A stretch of 34,245 nt of DNA, from positions 1 to 34,245 of the IMG/VR virus record IMGVR_UViG_3300033067_000171, one strand, 5' to 3'. A program made the position numbers and the translations under genes. This stretch comes from a virus (taxonomy: Duplodnaviria; Caudoviricetes). The notes beneath the pieces were generated by a model. It was not told where the DNA came from. It searched no databases and saw only the letters and a program-made list of their open reading frames with translations. Every line of letters starts with the position of its first letter. Position 1 is the stretch's first letter. Shown piece by piece: positions 25,972 to 34,085 of the stretch.

Positions 25972-26448
25972 TTAATCGAAAAGGTCTGGCGGCCCTTCAA
26001 GAAGGACGCTGGTTTCGTCTTGCACCAGCTTGGCCAGCTGCGAGACTTCGGATGCTGTGGGGTAGATGGTCACGCTGCAGGTCAGCGCGATCACGCCACC
26101 GTCACGCGGTACGATGCTGAACTTCTTGATCTCAGCGCCGACAAACGTCTGGCTGCCGATCTCAGCCGTGGCCGACGACACCAGGTTGCCATACTGCACG
26201 GGCGTCAGCCAGAGATTGCGGACGATCAGGGCGTCGGTATCGCCTCGCCACAAGAATGCCTCCAAAGCCTCGTCAAAGTACCCGCACAGCGCTTTGTCAA
26301 TGCCTTTGATCTCCATCTTGATGTCCACGGCCAGAATCTTCTCGTCGTCTGGCCCTTCCTTGCGCACGTTCAGGTGCTTGATCGCTGCCGACCCAGACAC
26401 CTTGAACGGTGGCCGCTTTGGTTGTTGCTCTTCCATTTTTGTCTCCAT
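25972..26448 (-). CDS. Hypothetical protein
   Basis: Coupled to ssb; 158 aa. Confidence 0.65.
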   Translation of the reverse strand: METKMEEQQPKRPPFKVSGSAAIKHLNVRKEGPDDEKILAVDIKMEIKGIDKALCGYFDEALEAFLWRGDTDALIVRNLWLTPVQYGNLVSSATAEIGSQTFVGAEIKKFSIVPRDGGVIALTCSVTIYPTASEVSQLAKLVQDETSVLLEGPPDLFD

Positions 26449-26870
26449 CAGAAGGGAATGTCATCGTCCATGTCGTCGAACCCAGAACCTTGCGGCGCTG
26501 GAGTCGGACGCGATTGTGCTTCATTTTGCGGCTTTTGTGTTGGTTTGTGGTCTGAGCCATCCGACACAAATTCCAGATCGGCCAAGCGTGCCACCATCTT
26601 GGTGTTCGTGGTGCCGTCGCCTTTTGTGTAGGTCTGCAGGTGCACGTCCTCCAGGTACGCCACGATCTGCTTGCCCTTGAGCAGGTAAGGTGCCATGCCG
26701 TCGGCACGCTGGCCCCAAATGGAGGCGTCAACCCACTGCGTCGGGCGCTTGCCGTCGTCGCCTTTCTTGCCGAACGTAAACGCCAGCGAGACGTTGGCCA
26801 CTGGTGTGCCGCCTGGTGTGTATCGAACCTCGGCGTCCTTGCCGATGCGTGCCAATCCTTGTGCTTTCAT
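26448..26870 (-). CDS. ssb: Single-stranded DNA-binding protein
   Basis: RIGKDAEVRYTPGG.PVANVSLA, YLLKGKQI and acidic tail DDMDDDIPF. Confidence 0.93.
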   Translation of the reverse strand: MKAQGLARIGKDAEVRYTPGGTPVANVSLAFTFGKKGDDGKRPTQWVDASIWGQRADGMAPYLLKGKQIVAYLEDVHLQTYTKGDGTTNTKMVARLADLEFVSDGSDHKPTQKPQNEAQSRPTPAPQGSGFDDMDDDIPF

Positions 26871-27154
26871 GATTGCCCTTTCAGTTTGTAGATGCGGATG
26901 ACCCGAGCGTGGGCCGATGGGTGGGTGGCTTGACAGAATCCGACAGGCTCGAAGGCGTCACCCCTCAGAACCGCGCCCCATGTGTTGACATGGAAGTCAT
27001 CAGGCAGGTCGATGAACTGCCGGACGTCGTTGATGGTCACCTGGCCAGATCGCTTGGCGATGCTGACTGCTAGGCTGCGTGCTTTTGCAATCCAGTCCTC
27101 GCGGCCAATGGACACGCGAGCAATGCCAGCGTCTCGAAGGTCTCGGCCTTTCAT
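26867..27154 (-). CDS. Hypothetical protein (possible winged HTH)
   Basis: ATGA overlap; MKGRDLRDAGI...VTINDVR...NTWGAV...SAHAR. Confidence 0.7.
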   Translation of the reverse strand: MKGRDLRDAGIARVSIGREDWIAKARSLAVSIAKRSGQVTINDVRQFIDLPDDFHVNTWGAVLRGDAFEPVGFCQATHPSAHARVIRIYKLKGQS

Positions 27155-27777
27155 GCTGCATCCTTGTAAGACTTTATGAACTCGACCTCGCGCTCGATGT
27201 CGTCTATGAACTTGACCACTTCTGTCTCCAGTTCTTTGATGGCCTTCTCGTCGCGCATCACCCGGCGAATGATGAGCTGGGCGTTTTCTGGAAAATCTGG
27301 GTTGTATGACACGAAGTCGCACCACTCTCGCTCGGCCACCCAAAGCTGGCCTTGTACCTGCCAGCGGTATGCCGTTGGGCACTTGCCTGGCTCAAGCCGC
27401 AAATACTCCAGGTGTGTCTTTGGCATCGGGCACTTGTATTCGGTCATCCCGACCTTGCCAACCAGTCCATCAGGGCTGACTCCGACCTGCAGCGTGTCGT
27501 GCATGCAGAAACCGATCTCTTCGACAAGCTGTCCTGTGTGTGCCTCATAAGCAAGCCTGGCGAAAGGTTCGCGCTCGGTGCCCTGATCCATGGCAAAGGT
27601 CGTCTTGAACTCTTCGCGCACTCCGGTGATGCGCTCCAAGGCCAATGCAGTCAGGTAAGTGGCGCGGGTTGCACCACTACCCTTGGCCATAATGTCGCTG
27701 AACTTTGAGCCTGATGGCACACCGACGCGTGCCTGTTTCCATTCCTCGGTGCCTTGGTCTGCGGTGATGACTCTCAT
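27151..27777 (-). CDS. YqaJ / lambda-type exonuclease
   Basis: QGTEEW.QAR.G...S, GTERE..AR..Y, SPDGLV, EYKCP, QVQGQLWV and CDFVSY. Confidence 0.92.
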   Translation of the reverse strand: MRVITADQGTEEWKQARVGVPSGSKFSDIMAKGSGATRATYLTALALERITGVREEFKTTFAMDQGTEREPFARLAYEAHTGQLVEEIGFCMHDTLQVGVSPDGLVGKVGMTEYKCPMPKTHLEYLRLEPGKCPTAYRWQVQGQLWVAEREWCDFVSYNPDFPENAQLIIRRVMRDEKAIKELETEVVKFIDDIEREVEFIKSYKDAA

Positions 27778-28361
27778 GCTACCTCTCCTTGTGTGTCGGC
27801 TGTTTTTGCTGCCTTCTTCAGAGCTGGGCCTTGGGCTTGCCAGAAGGCCGCTTTATGGGCTGACTTTGGCAGCGCAAGGAAAGCATCAGACAATGCCTTC
27901 TCGCCTTGCATGGCCGCTTCTCGCATTGCTGGAAGCGTCTCGGCCTCGTACTCTGGATAACCGTCCAGTTGCTTCGGTGTTTTCTTGCTGGTGGCCTGAC
28001 CGTCGTCATCCTCTGGGGCAATACCGCAGGCAGCCATCAGGCTGTAGCGGCGTGCGTAGGTCAAGGCGCTGCCATACCCCTGGGCGTCATGCTTGACGGC
28101 TGGGACGTGGAATTTGCCAGCCGAGTATGTTTCACCTGACTCGTGGATGAAGATCGTTTCCACCAGGACGCCAGATTCGCATTCGTGCGTCTGTTGCATC
28201 AAGGCAATGCCGTTGTTGTTGAGGCCATCGATCACAGCCTCAATGCAGTCGCCAAGGTCAGCATACTTGGCTTTGAGGTGCGGATTGGTTTTGGTCTTGA
28301 GTGCTGGGCCAAAGGCTTTCTGGGCCTTGACCAGTGCTGCTGCGATCTGCTTGATTTCCAT
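27774..28361 (-). CDS. erf: ERF-family single-strand annealing protein
   Basis: NPHLKAKYADL, HESGE and QGYGSALTYARRYSL.A.CGIAPEDDDG. Confidence 0.92.
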   Translation of the reverse strand: MEIKQIAAALVKAQKAFGPALKTKTNPHLKAKYADLGDCIEAVIDGLNNNGIALMQQTHECESGVLVETIFIHESGETYSAGKFHVPAVKHDAQGYGSALTYARRYSLMAACGIAPEDDDGQATSKKTPKQLDGYPEYEAETLPAMREAAMQGEKALSDAFLALPKSAHKAAFWQAQGPALKKAAKTADTQGEVA

Positions 28362-28398
28362 CGTGTTTACCTTTCGTGGTTGGTTGTTGGTGAAACGA

Positions 28399-28476
28399 AT
28401 CATAGCACAGTAAAAGATAAATTTATACGGCCACGACAAAAAATCTTTTATTTTTTTGTTGGATGTGTGCTACAGT
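28399..28476. promoter_or_regulatory. Divergent early promoter region
   Basis: AT-rich; leftward TGTGC-TATGAT (28409-28399) and rightward TGTGC-TACAGT (28466-76); inverted repeats TAAAAGAT/ATCTTTTA. Confidence 0.65.
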
Positions 28477-28483
28477 CACGGAC

Positions 28484-28696
28484 ATGAACAAAGACGACCA
28501 ATATTTCGCACAGGTCTTGGCTTTTGCCAGAAAGAGCCTCGGCTCTTACAAGGCGGTGGCCAAGGCCATAGGTGCCCCAAGCGGCCCGGCTGTCCAGGCC
28601 TGGCGGATCAATGGCGTGGCTTTCAGGTGGAGGCCAGCCCTCGATAAAAGGTTTGGTGCCATGTACCGCAAGAGCTTGAATGAGCCTTCGGTCTGA
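28484..28696 (+). CDS. Cro-like HTH regulator
   Basis: LGSYKAVAKAIGAPSGPAVQAWR..GV; first gene of the rightward operon. Confidence 0.7.
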   Translation: MNKDDQYFAQVLAFARKSLGSYKAVAKAIGAPSGPAVQAWRINGVAFRWRPALDKRFGAMYRKSLNEPSV

Positions 28697-28704
28697 GGTA
28701 AATT
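28676..28704 (+). promoter_or_regulatory. Sigma70 promoter for the structured RNA and replication genes
   Basis: TTGAAT-17nt-TAAATT. Confidence 0.6.
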
Positions 28705-28711
28705 GAATGTT

Positions 28712-28767
28712 GATCACGGCTAGGGTAGCTCCCGAAAAGACGCTTCATCACCGTCCTGCCGCTGATT
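28712..28767 (+). ncRNA. C4-like antisense structured RNA
   Basis: Closing stem ATCA-CGGC/GCCG-C-TGAT; hairpins GGG-TAGCT-CCC and GACG-CTTCATCAC-CGTC; loop complementary to GTGATGA at 28773-79. Confidence 0.6.
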
Positions 28768-28801
28768 CTTTTGTGATGACTGCCGATGATGTGAGGTAAA
28801 A

Positions 28802-29488
28802 ATGCACTACTACCAGTTCAACATAGGTGACTACAAAAGTCACACTGAACACCTGACGGAACTTGAGGACTTGGCCTATCGGCGCATGCTCGATTGGTAC
28901 TACCTGCACGAGACACCGCTTCCGCTTGAAACTTCTGAGATTGCACGCCTGATCAGGATGCGAACGCATACCGATTGCATTGCGGTCGTTTTGCAGGAGT
29001 TCTTCATTCGCACTGAAACCGGATGGGCAAACCACCGGGCAGATCAAGAGATTGCCAAGGCTGGCGAGAAATCCAGCAAGGCCAGCGAAAGCGCCAAAGC
29101 TCGGTGGAGCAAGCAGAAAGATGCGAACGCAATGCGAACGCATAGCGAAAGCAATGCTACACAAGACACAATACACATTACACAAGACCCAGAACACAAG
29201 AATAAAAAGCAGCGCGGATCGCGCTTGCCATCAGACTGCCTCCTTCCTGTCGACTGGGCTGACTTCTGCAAACAGGAACGCCCCGACCTTGTGCCGCGAC
29301 AGGTGTTCGACGAGTTTAAGGATTACTGGATTGCCCAGCCTGGCCAGAAGGGCGTCAAGACCGACTGGGATGCAACCTGGCGCAACTGGGTGCGGCGACA
29401 GAACCAAGCCAGGACGGCTGGCCGAAACGAGCACAAGCACGCTGCCGCCTCCCGCGCAATCTTTGATGGGGTGTTCGACGATGAATAA
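28802..29488 (+). CDS. Replication initiator, DUF1376/YdaU-like
   Basis: MHYYQFNIGDY..HT.HL..LED.AYRR.LD.YY; C-terminal F.DYW...K.DW.ATWRNW; contains iteron-like repeats. Confidence 0.85.
   Translation: MHYYQFNIGDYKSHTEHLTELEDLAYRRMLDWYYLHETPLPLETSEIARLIRMRTHTDCIAVVLQEFFIRTETGWANHRADQEIAKAGEKSSKASESAKARWSKQKDANAMRTHSESNATQDTIHITQDPEHKNKKQRGSRLPSDCLLPVDWADFCKQERPDLVPRQVFDEFKDYWIAQPGQKGVKTDWDATWRNWVRRQNQARTAGRNEHKHAAASRAIFDGVFDDE
29121..29205. repeat. Iteron-like repeats (probable replication origin)
   Basis: ATGCGAACGCA x2 plus TAGCGAAAGCA (11-bp period), then ACACAAGA x3 in an A-rich tract. Confidence 0.65.
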
Positions 29489-30011
29489 CCTCGCAGAAAT
29501 GGCAAGCCAGGCCATCCAGAACGCTGGCCAACAACCCGCACCACGTGGCGACAACCCGACGATCCGAAAGCTGTTTCTGGTCTTGCATGGGTCTTACGGC
29601 AGCCTGTTCACCACCAAGTTTTCCACAGGTGAGCGCGACGCCAACGGCAAAGACAAGGGAATCCGCGCTGCCATGCTCGTCTGGGAATCAGCTTTGGCCA
29701 AGTATTCACCGGACACCATCGAGACGGCTGCAAGACGCCTGGCCGACGAGTGCCCAGAGTTTCCGCCAAATCTGCCGCAGTTTGAGGCGATCTGCAAAGC
29801 GGTCATGCCGCGCAAGACCTTCAGCGATGACCAGCCGCGCAGGCTTCCACCGCCAGAGGAAAAGCCCATCGGCCCGGTGGAGTTCGTGGCCATGGGTGAC
29901 GGTCGAGACTGGGCGAGAAAGATTCTGGCCAGGCAGGCAGCAGGTGCGCGAATCAGCGCTGGCAGCATCGACATGGCCAAAAAGGCGCTGCGCCTGCAGG
30001 AGGGAGAATGA
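29481..30011 (+). CDS. Putative replication protein / helicase loader
   Basis: Overlaps the initiator; YG..F...W...L...FPPNLPQF..IC pattern in the lambda P-like position. Confidence 0.65.
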   Translation: MNNLAEMASQAIQNAGQQPAPRGDNPTIRKLFLVLHGSYGSLFTTKFSTGERDANGKDKGIRAAMLVWESALAKYSPDTIETAARRLADECPEFPPNLPQFEAICKAVMPRKTFSDDQPRRLPPPEEKPIGPVEFVAMGDGRDWARKILARQAAGARISAGSIDMAKKALRLQEGE

Positions 30012-30271
30012 CATGCAAGAGCTGCGAAGCGTATGGCAAAAACCCACTGAGTGGCCAGTACCACTTCAGCTGCCTGGAGTGCTGCACTCGGCTGGTGCTG
30101 AGCGCCAGGCCGAACAAGGCGGCAGCAGCCGGGATGCTGGCTGCCATCGACCGATACTCACAGAACCCTGGCCGGGAGCGCATCTTGGAGTCCGTGCGCC
30201 AGGCATTGACGAAACCCCCCTCAGCATCGACGAGTGCTGGATCGCAGTCCGGGAGGGAATCAAATGACTGA
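30008..30271 (+). CDS. Small Cys-rich hypothetical protein
   Basis: ATGA overlap; CKSC...CLECC. Confidence 0.6.
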   Translation: MTCKSCEAYGKNPLSGQYHFSCLECCTRLVLSARPNKAAAAGMLAAIDRYSQNPGRERILESVRQALTKPPSASTSAGSQSGRESND

Positions 30272-30701
30272 GCGCCAACGATTCACCCTCTGGGAGCCGG
30301 TGCAGGCACACAAAGTTCTGACGCAGCAGATCTGGCCGCTGCTCAAATCGCTGCTGATGGCTGGCCACCGCATGGTGGTGGAGATCAAGCCAGAAACCCG
30401 CACACTCGCACAAAATGCGCGTTTGTGGGCGATGCTGACCGATGTGGCCAAGCAGGTCGACTGGTACGGCCGCAAGCTGAGCGCCGAGGAATGGAAGCAC
30501 GTGATGACCGCTTCGATGACAAAGCAGGACGTCGTGCCTGGCATCGATGGTGGCTTTGTGGTGCTCGGCAAGTCCACCAGCAAGATGACCAAGCCCGAGA
30601 TGAGCGAGCTGCAGGACTTGATCGAGGCCTTCGGTGCGCAGCATGGCGTGCGCTTCACCGCGCCTGAGTACGTTGACCCAGAGACTGGAGAGATCACATG
30701 A
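30264..30701 (+). CDS. ninB: NinB/Orf-family recombination protein
   Basis: RTLAQNARLWAML.DVAKQV.W.G..L..EEWK, VPGIDGGFVVLG.STSKM...EMSEL..LIEAFGA. Confidence 0.9.
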   Translation: MTERQRFTLWEPVQAHKVLTQQIWPLLKSLLMAGHRMVVEIKPETRTLAQNARLWAMLTDVAKQVDWYGRKLSAEEWKHVMTASMTKQDVVPGIDGGFVVLGKSTSKMTKPEMSELQDLIEAFGAQHGVRFTAPEYVDPETGEIT

Positions 30702-30985
30702 ACCGAGAAGACATCATCCGCATAGCGCTGGAGCAAGGCCTGCCAGAAACTGCAACAGAAGGGGTGTTCATCGTCAACACCGACGACCTTGGCAGAATCC
30801 TTGCTGCCGAGCGCGAGGCGTGCGCTGTGGCATGCGATGACATCGAGGTTGACCGCTGGTCACTGTTCAAAGGCCGCGCCCCATACACCGGCCAAGAAGA
30901 CGGACGCGCCAGCAGCTACGTGCAAGGCGAAAGCGATGGCGCAGGCAAGTGCGCCGCCGCCATCCGAGCAAGGAGCAACGCATGA
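30698..30985 (+). CDS. Hypothetical nin-region protein
   Basis: MNREDIIR...AAEREACA..C...CAAAIRAR. Confidence 0.7.
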   Translation: MNREDIIRIALEQGLPETATEGVFIVNTDDLGRILAAEREACAVACDDIEVDRWSLFKGRAPYTGQEDGRASSYVQGESDGAGKCAAAIRARSNA

Positions 30986-31203
30986 CCTACCGACCGACCA
31001 TGTTCGAAGTTGCAAATGGCGACGCCATCGCCTTGGACATCAGCCTTGACCCTGAAAGCAAAATCGGCCGCACGCTGTTTTTCAAGATCGAGCAGGACAG
31101 CCAAGAGATCGTGGTCTCGCTTGAGACACTGGAAAACCTACACGAAGCGGCCAAAGAGCTGCTGCGTGGCTACCGTGAAGTGAGAATGAATCATGACCTT
31201 TGA
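30982..31203 (+). CDS. Hypothetical protein
   Basis: AAGGAG RBS and ATGA overlap. Confidence 0.6.
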   Translation: MTYRPTMFEVANGDAIALDISLDPESKIGRTLFFKIEQDSQEIVVSLETLENLHEAAKELLRGYREVRMNHDL

Positions 31204-31384
31204 CGAGTGGTTTCAAACCTACCCGCTGCCTGCCGAGATCGACACAATGGACGACACCGACCGCGAGCAATGGACGTGGGCCTTGCGCTCGGCTTACAAG
31301 ACCGGGATGCAAGCTGGCCTGAACAATTGCCCACCTTGCAACCAAGACTGCAACCAGGGCAGAGACTGCCACGCACGCAAATGA
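31193..31384 (+). CDS. Hypothetical protein with a Cys-rich tail
   Basis: MTFDEWF...CPPCNQDCNQGRDC. Confidence 0.6.
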   Translation: MTFDEWFQTYPLPAEIDTMDDTDREQWTWALRSAYKTGMQAGLNNCPPCNQDCNQGRDCHARK

Positions 31385-31662
31385 CCACAATCGCAGAACG
31401 CAAGCACATGAGCCGCGTGGCTGAGCTGGGCTGCGCTGTTTGTCACCGCCTCGGCTACGGCGCGACACCGGCCGAGCTGCACCACCCAAGGCACGGAACC
31501 GGCATTGGCCAGCGTGCCAAGCACATGGACGTCATCCCGCTGTGCCCAGAACACCACCGAGGCAACACCGGCGTGCACGGCCTTGGCACCAAGGGCTTTG
31601 CCAAGCACTACGGATTCAACGAGGCCGACCTGCTGGCCGAAACCCTGGAGCGACTGAAATGA
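31381..31662 (+). CDS. Ref/DUF968-like HNH-type nuclease
   Basis: VAELGCAVC...ELHH.R...IPLCPEHH. Confidence 0.8.
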   Translation: MTTIAERKHMSRVAELGCAVCHRLGYGATPAELHHPRHGTGIGQRAKHMDVIPLCPEHHRGNTGVHGLGTKGFAKHYGFNEADLLAETLERLK

Positions 31663-31940
31663 CCGACATCAACGCAACGCTGGCCGAGCGCGGCAGCAGG
31701 TATGGGGCATTTGATGGCCATGCCGAAATCTCGCAGACCTTCAAGCACGCTCTGTGGAAGTTCGCTGCAAAGCGCGAGGCAAAGCTGGCCCATGACCAAG
31801 CCGAGGCCCTGGAAATGATTATGCACAAGGTGGCTAGAATCCTGAACGGCGACCCGAACTATGCCGACAACTGGATCGACATCGCAGGCTACGCCACCCT
31901 GGTGGCCGACCGGCTGGAAGGCGACAATGGAGCAGCTTGA
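31659..31940 (+). CDS. DUF6378-like helical protein
   Basis: TLAERGSRYG.F...KVARI..G...DNWIDIAGYA. Confidence 0.75.
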   Translation: MTDINATLAERGSRYGAFDGHAEISQTFKHALWKFAAKREAKLAHDQAEALEMIMHKVARILNGDPNYADNWIDIAGYATLVADRLEGDNGAA

Positions 31941-32043
31941 AACCCTGTGGCCCGTCCTGCTGACCATTGCACTTGTTGCACTTGGCCAGTGGTGGGCTGT
32001 TCTGGCGCTGTATGCTTGGCTGATCTGGACGAGGTGGAAATGA
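31927..32043 (+). CDS. Small hydrophobic membrane protein (38 aa)
   Basis: MEQLETLWPVLLTIALVALGQWWAVLALYAWLIWTRWK; coupled to rusA. Confidence 0.5.
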   Translation: MEQLETLWPVLLTIALVALGQWWAVLALYAWLIWTRWK

Positions 32044-32387
32044 TCATCAAGCTGCCATGGCCACCAGCCGGCTTGTCCCCGAACGCCAGAAACCACTGGG
32101 CCAAGACCGCCAAGCTCAAAAAGCAATACCGCGAGGCCTGTTTCTGGCAGGCCATGGAGCAAGGCGCACGCCCGATCCAGGCCGCCAGCCTGCACCTGAC
32201 CCTGACGTTCTACCCGCCAACCCGCAGGCAGTACGACCTGGACAACGCCCTGGCACGCATGAAAGCCGGGCTTGATGGTATGGCCGACGTGCTCAAGGTA
32301 GACGACAAACACTGGACGCTGACAATCCGCAAGGGCGAGACGGTCGGCGGATTCGTAGAAGTTCACATCGAAAGGCCCACAGAATGA
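32040..32387 (+). CDS. rusA: RusA-like Holliday junction resolvase
   Basis: LPWPP..LSPN, F.PP.RR.YDLDN....K...D.MAD....DD. Confidence 0.85.
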   Translation: MIIKLPWPPAGLSPNARNHWAKTAKLKKQYREACFWQAMEQGARPIQAASLHLTLTFYPPTRRQYDLDNALARMKAGLDGMADVLKVDDKHWTLTIRKGETVGGFVEVHIERPTE

Positions 32388-33631
32388 AACTCCCAGACCA
32401 GCTCGAAACCATCCAGATCGATTCGCTTATACCCTACGCACGCAACAGCCGGACGCACTCCGACGCACAGGTGGCACAGATCGCCTCATCCATCAAGGAA
32501 TTCGGATTCACGAATCCGGTGCTGATTGATGGGGGGGGGGGAATCATTGCTGGACATGGCCGAGTGCTCGCTGCACGCAAGCTGGGCATGAGCGAGGTTC
32601 CATGCATCCGACTGGAGCACCTGACAGACGCACAAAAACGCGCCTACGTGATCGCAGACAACAGGCTGGCGCTCAACTCCGGTTGGGACACTGAAATGCT
32701 CAAGGTGGAGTTTGCCGACCTGCAGGAGCTTGGTTTCGACCTCGAGCTAACCGGCTTCGACCTGGACGAGATCAAGGAGCTGCTGGCACCCGTGGGCACC
32801 GAAGGCCTGACCGACCCAGACGATGCCCCACCGCTGCCCGAACACCCGCGCACCGTGCCCGGCGACATTTGGGTGATGGGAAAGCACCGTCTTCTGTGTG
32901 GCGATAGCACCAGCATGGACGACTTGGCCAAGCTCTGCGAGAACCAGCTCGTCGACATGTGGCTGACCGACCCGCCTTACAACGTGGCTTATGAGGGCGG
33001 CACCAAAGAGAAGCTGACCATCAAAAACGACGAGATGGGCGACGATCAGTTCCGCCAGTTCTTGCGCGATGCTTACACCGCAGCCGACACGGTCATGAAG
33101 CCGGGCGCTGTGTTCTACATCTGGCACGCTGATTCCGAGGGCTACAACTTTCGAGGCGCTGCCAAGGACGCTGGCTGGACTGTCCGCCAGTGCCTGATCT
33201 GGAAGAAGTCCAGCTTGGTGATGGGACGCCAAGACTACCAGTGGAAGCACGAGCCGTGCCTGTATGGCTGGAAGGATGGAGCCAGCCACCTCTGGGCAGC
33301 CGACCGCAAGCAGACCACCATCCTGGAGTTCGACAAACCCACCAGGAATGGCGAGCACCCGACCATGAAGCCCGTGGCCCTGTTTGAGTATCAGCTCCTG
33401 AACAACACCAAGGGCGGCGACCAAGTCCTGGACAGCTTCGGTGGATCTGGAACAACCCTGATCGCAGCCGAGAAGAACGGCCGCGTCGCTCGAATCATGG
33501 AGCTCGATCCGAAGTATTGCGATGTGATTGTGAAGCGTTGGCAGGATTTCACAGGCAAAATAGCAACTCACGCAGAAACTGGCGAACCTTTCGCGGAGGT
33601 TACAAATGGCAACAACGAAACAAAAACTTGA
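32384..33631 (+). CDS. ParB-like domain fused to an N6A/N4C DNA methyltransferase (beta class)
   Basis: PYARNSRTH, FGFTNPVL, IIAGHGR and ADNRL; TDPPYN, HPTMKP and LDSFGGSGTT. Confidence 0.93.
   Translation: MKLPDQLETIQIDSLIPYARNSRTHSDAQVAQIASSIKEFGFTNPVLIDGGGGIIAGHGRVLAARKLGMSEVPCIRLEHLTDAQKRAYVIADNRLALNSGWDTEMLKVEFADLQELGFDLELTGFDLDEIKELLAPVGTEGLTDPDDAPPLPEHPRTVPGDIWVMGKHRLLCGDSTSMDDLAKLCENQLVDMWLTDPPYNVAYEGGTKEKLTIKNDEMGDDQFRQFLRDAYTAADTVMKPGAVFYIWHADSEGYNFRGAAKDAGWTVRQCLIWKKSSLVMGRQDYQWKHEPCLYGWKDGASHLWAADRKQTTILEFDKPTRNGEHPTMKPVALFEYQLLNNTKGGDQVLDSFGGSGTTLIAAEKNGRVARIMELDPKYCDVIVKRWQDFTGKIATHAETGEPFAEVTNGNNETKT
32531..32541 (+). repeat. G11 homopolymer within the methyltransferase gene
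   Basis: GAT-GGGGGGGGGGG-AATC encoding D-GGGG-I. Confidence 0.85.
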
Positions 33632-34085
33632 AAAATCGGTTCCAAAAAAGGAATTGAAGCAAAAAGAACACGGCGGCGCACGTGAAAACTCTGGCCGCAA
33701 GGCCTTTGAACCCACCGATGCCGAGCGCAAACAGGTGGAAGCCATGTCTGGTTATGGCCTGCCGATTGAGCAGATTGCCGTGCTTGTTCGAGGCGGCATC
33801 GACACCGACACCCTGCGCAAGCACTTTGCCAAGGAGCTGATCGAGGGCAAAGCCAAGGCCAACGGCCAGGTCGGCAAGACCCTGTTCCAGAAGGCCATGG
33901 GCGGCGACACCACCGCAGCAATTTGGTGGAGCAAGACCCAGATGCGCTGGAAAGAGGTGCAGGCCCACGAGATCACCGGCAAGGACGGCGCACCGATTGC
34001 CGTGGCAACCCTGGACGTTTCCAAGCTGGGCACCGATGTGCTGGCGCAAATCATGGCCGCAAAAGATGCAACTGACGGAAGCTGA
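33606..34085 (+). CDS. terS: Terminase small subunit
   Basis: HGGARENSGRK, HTH (GLPIEQIA...TLRKHF..EL), LFQKA..GDTTA.IWW.K...W and EITGKDGAPI; directly upstream of terL. Confidence 0.85.
   Translation: MATTKQKLEKSVPKKELKQKEHGGARENSGRKAFEPTDAERKQVEAMSGYGLPIEQIAVLVRGGIDTDTLRKHFAKELIEGKAKANGQVGKTLFQKAMGGDTTAAIWWSKTQMRWKEVQAHEITGKDGAPIAVATLDVSKLGTDVLAQIMAAKDATDGS

Noticed and set aside
28980-29480. N-terminal extension of the 343-aa ORF overlapping the initiator
   Set aside because: The likely real start is ATG 29481, coupled to the initiator stop; the extension looks like an off-frame read
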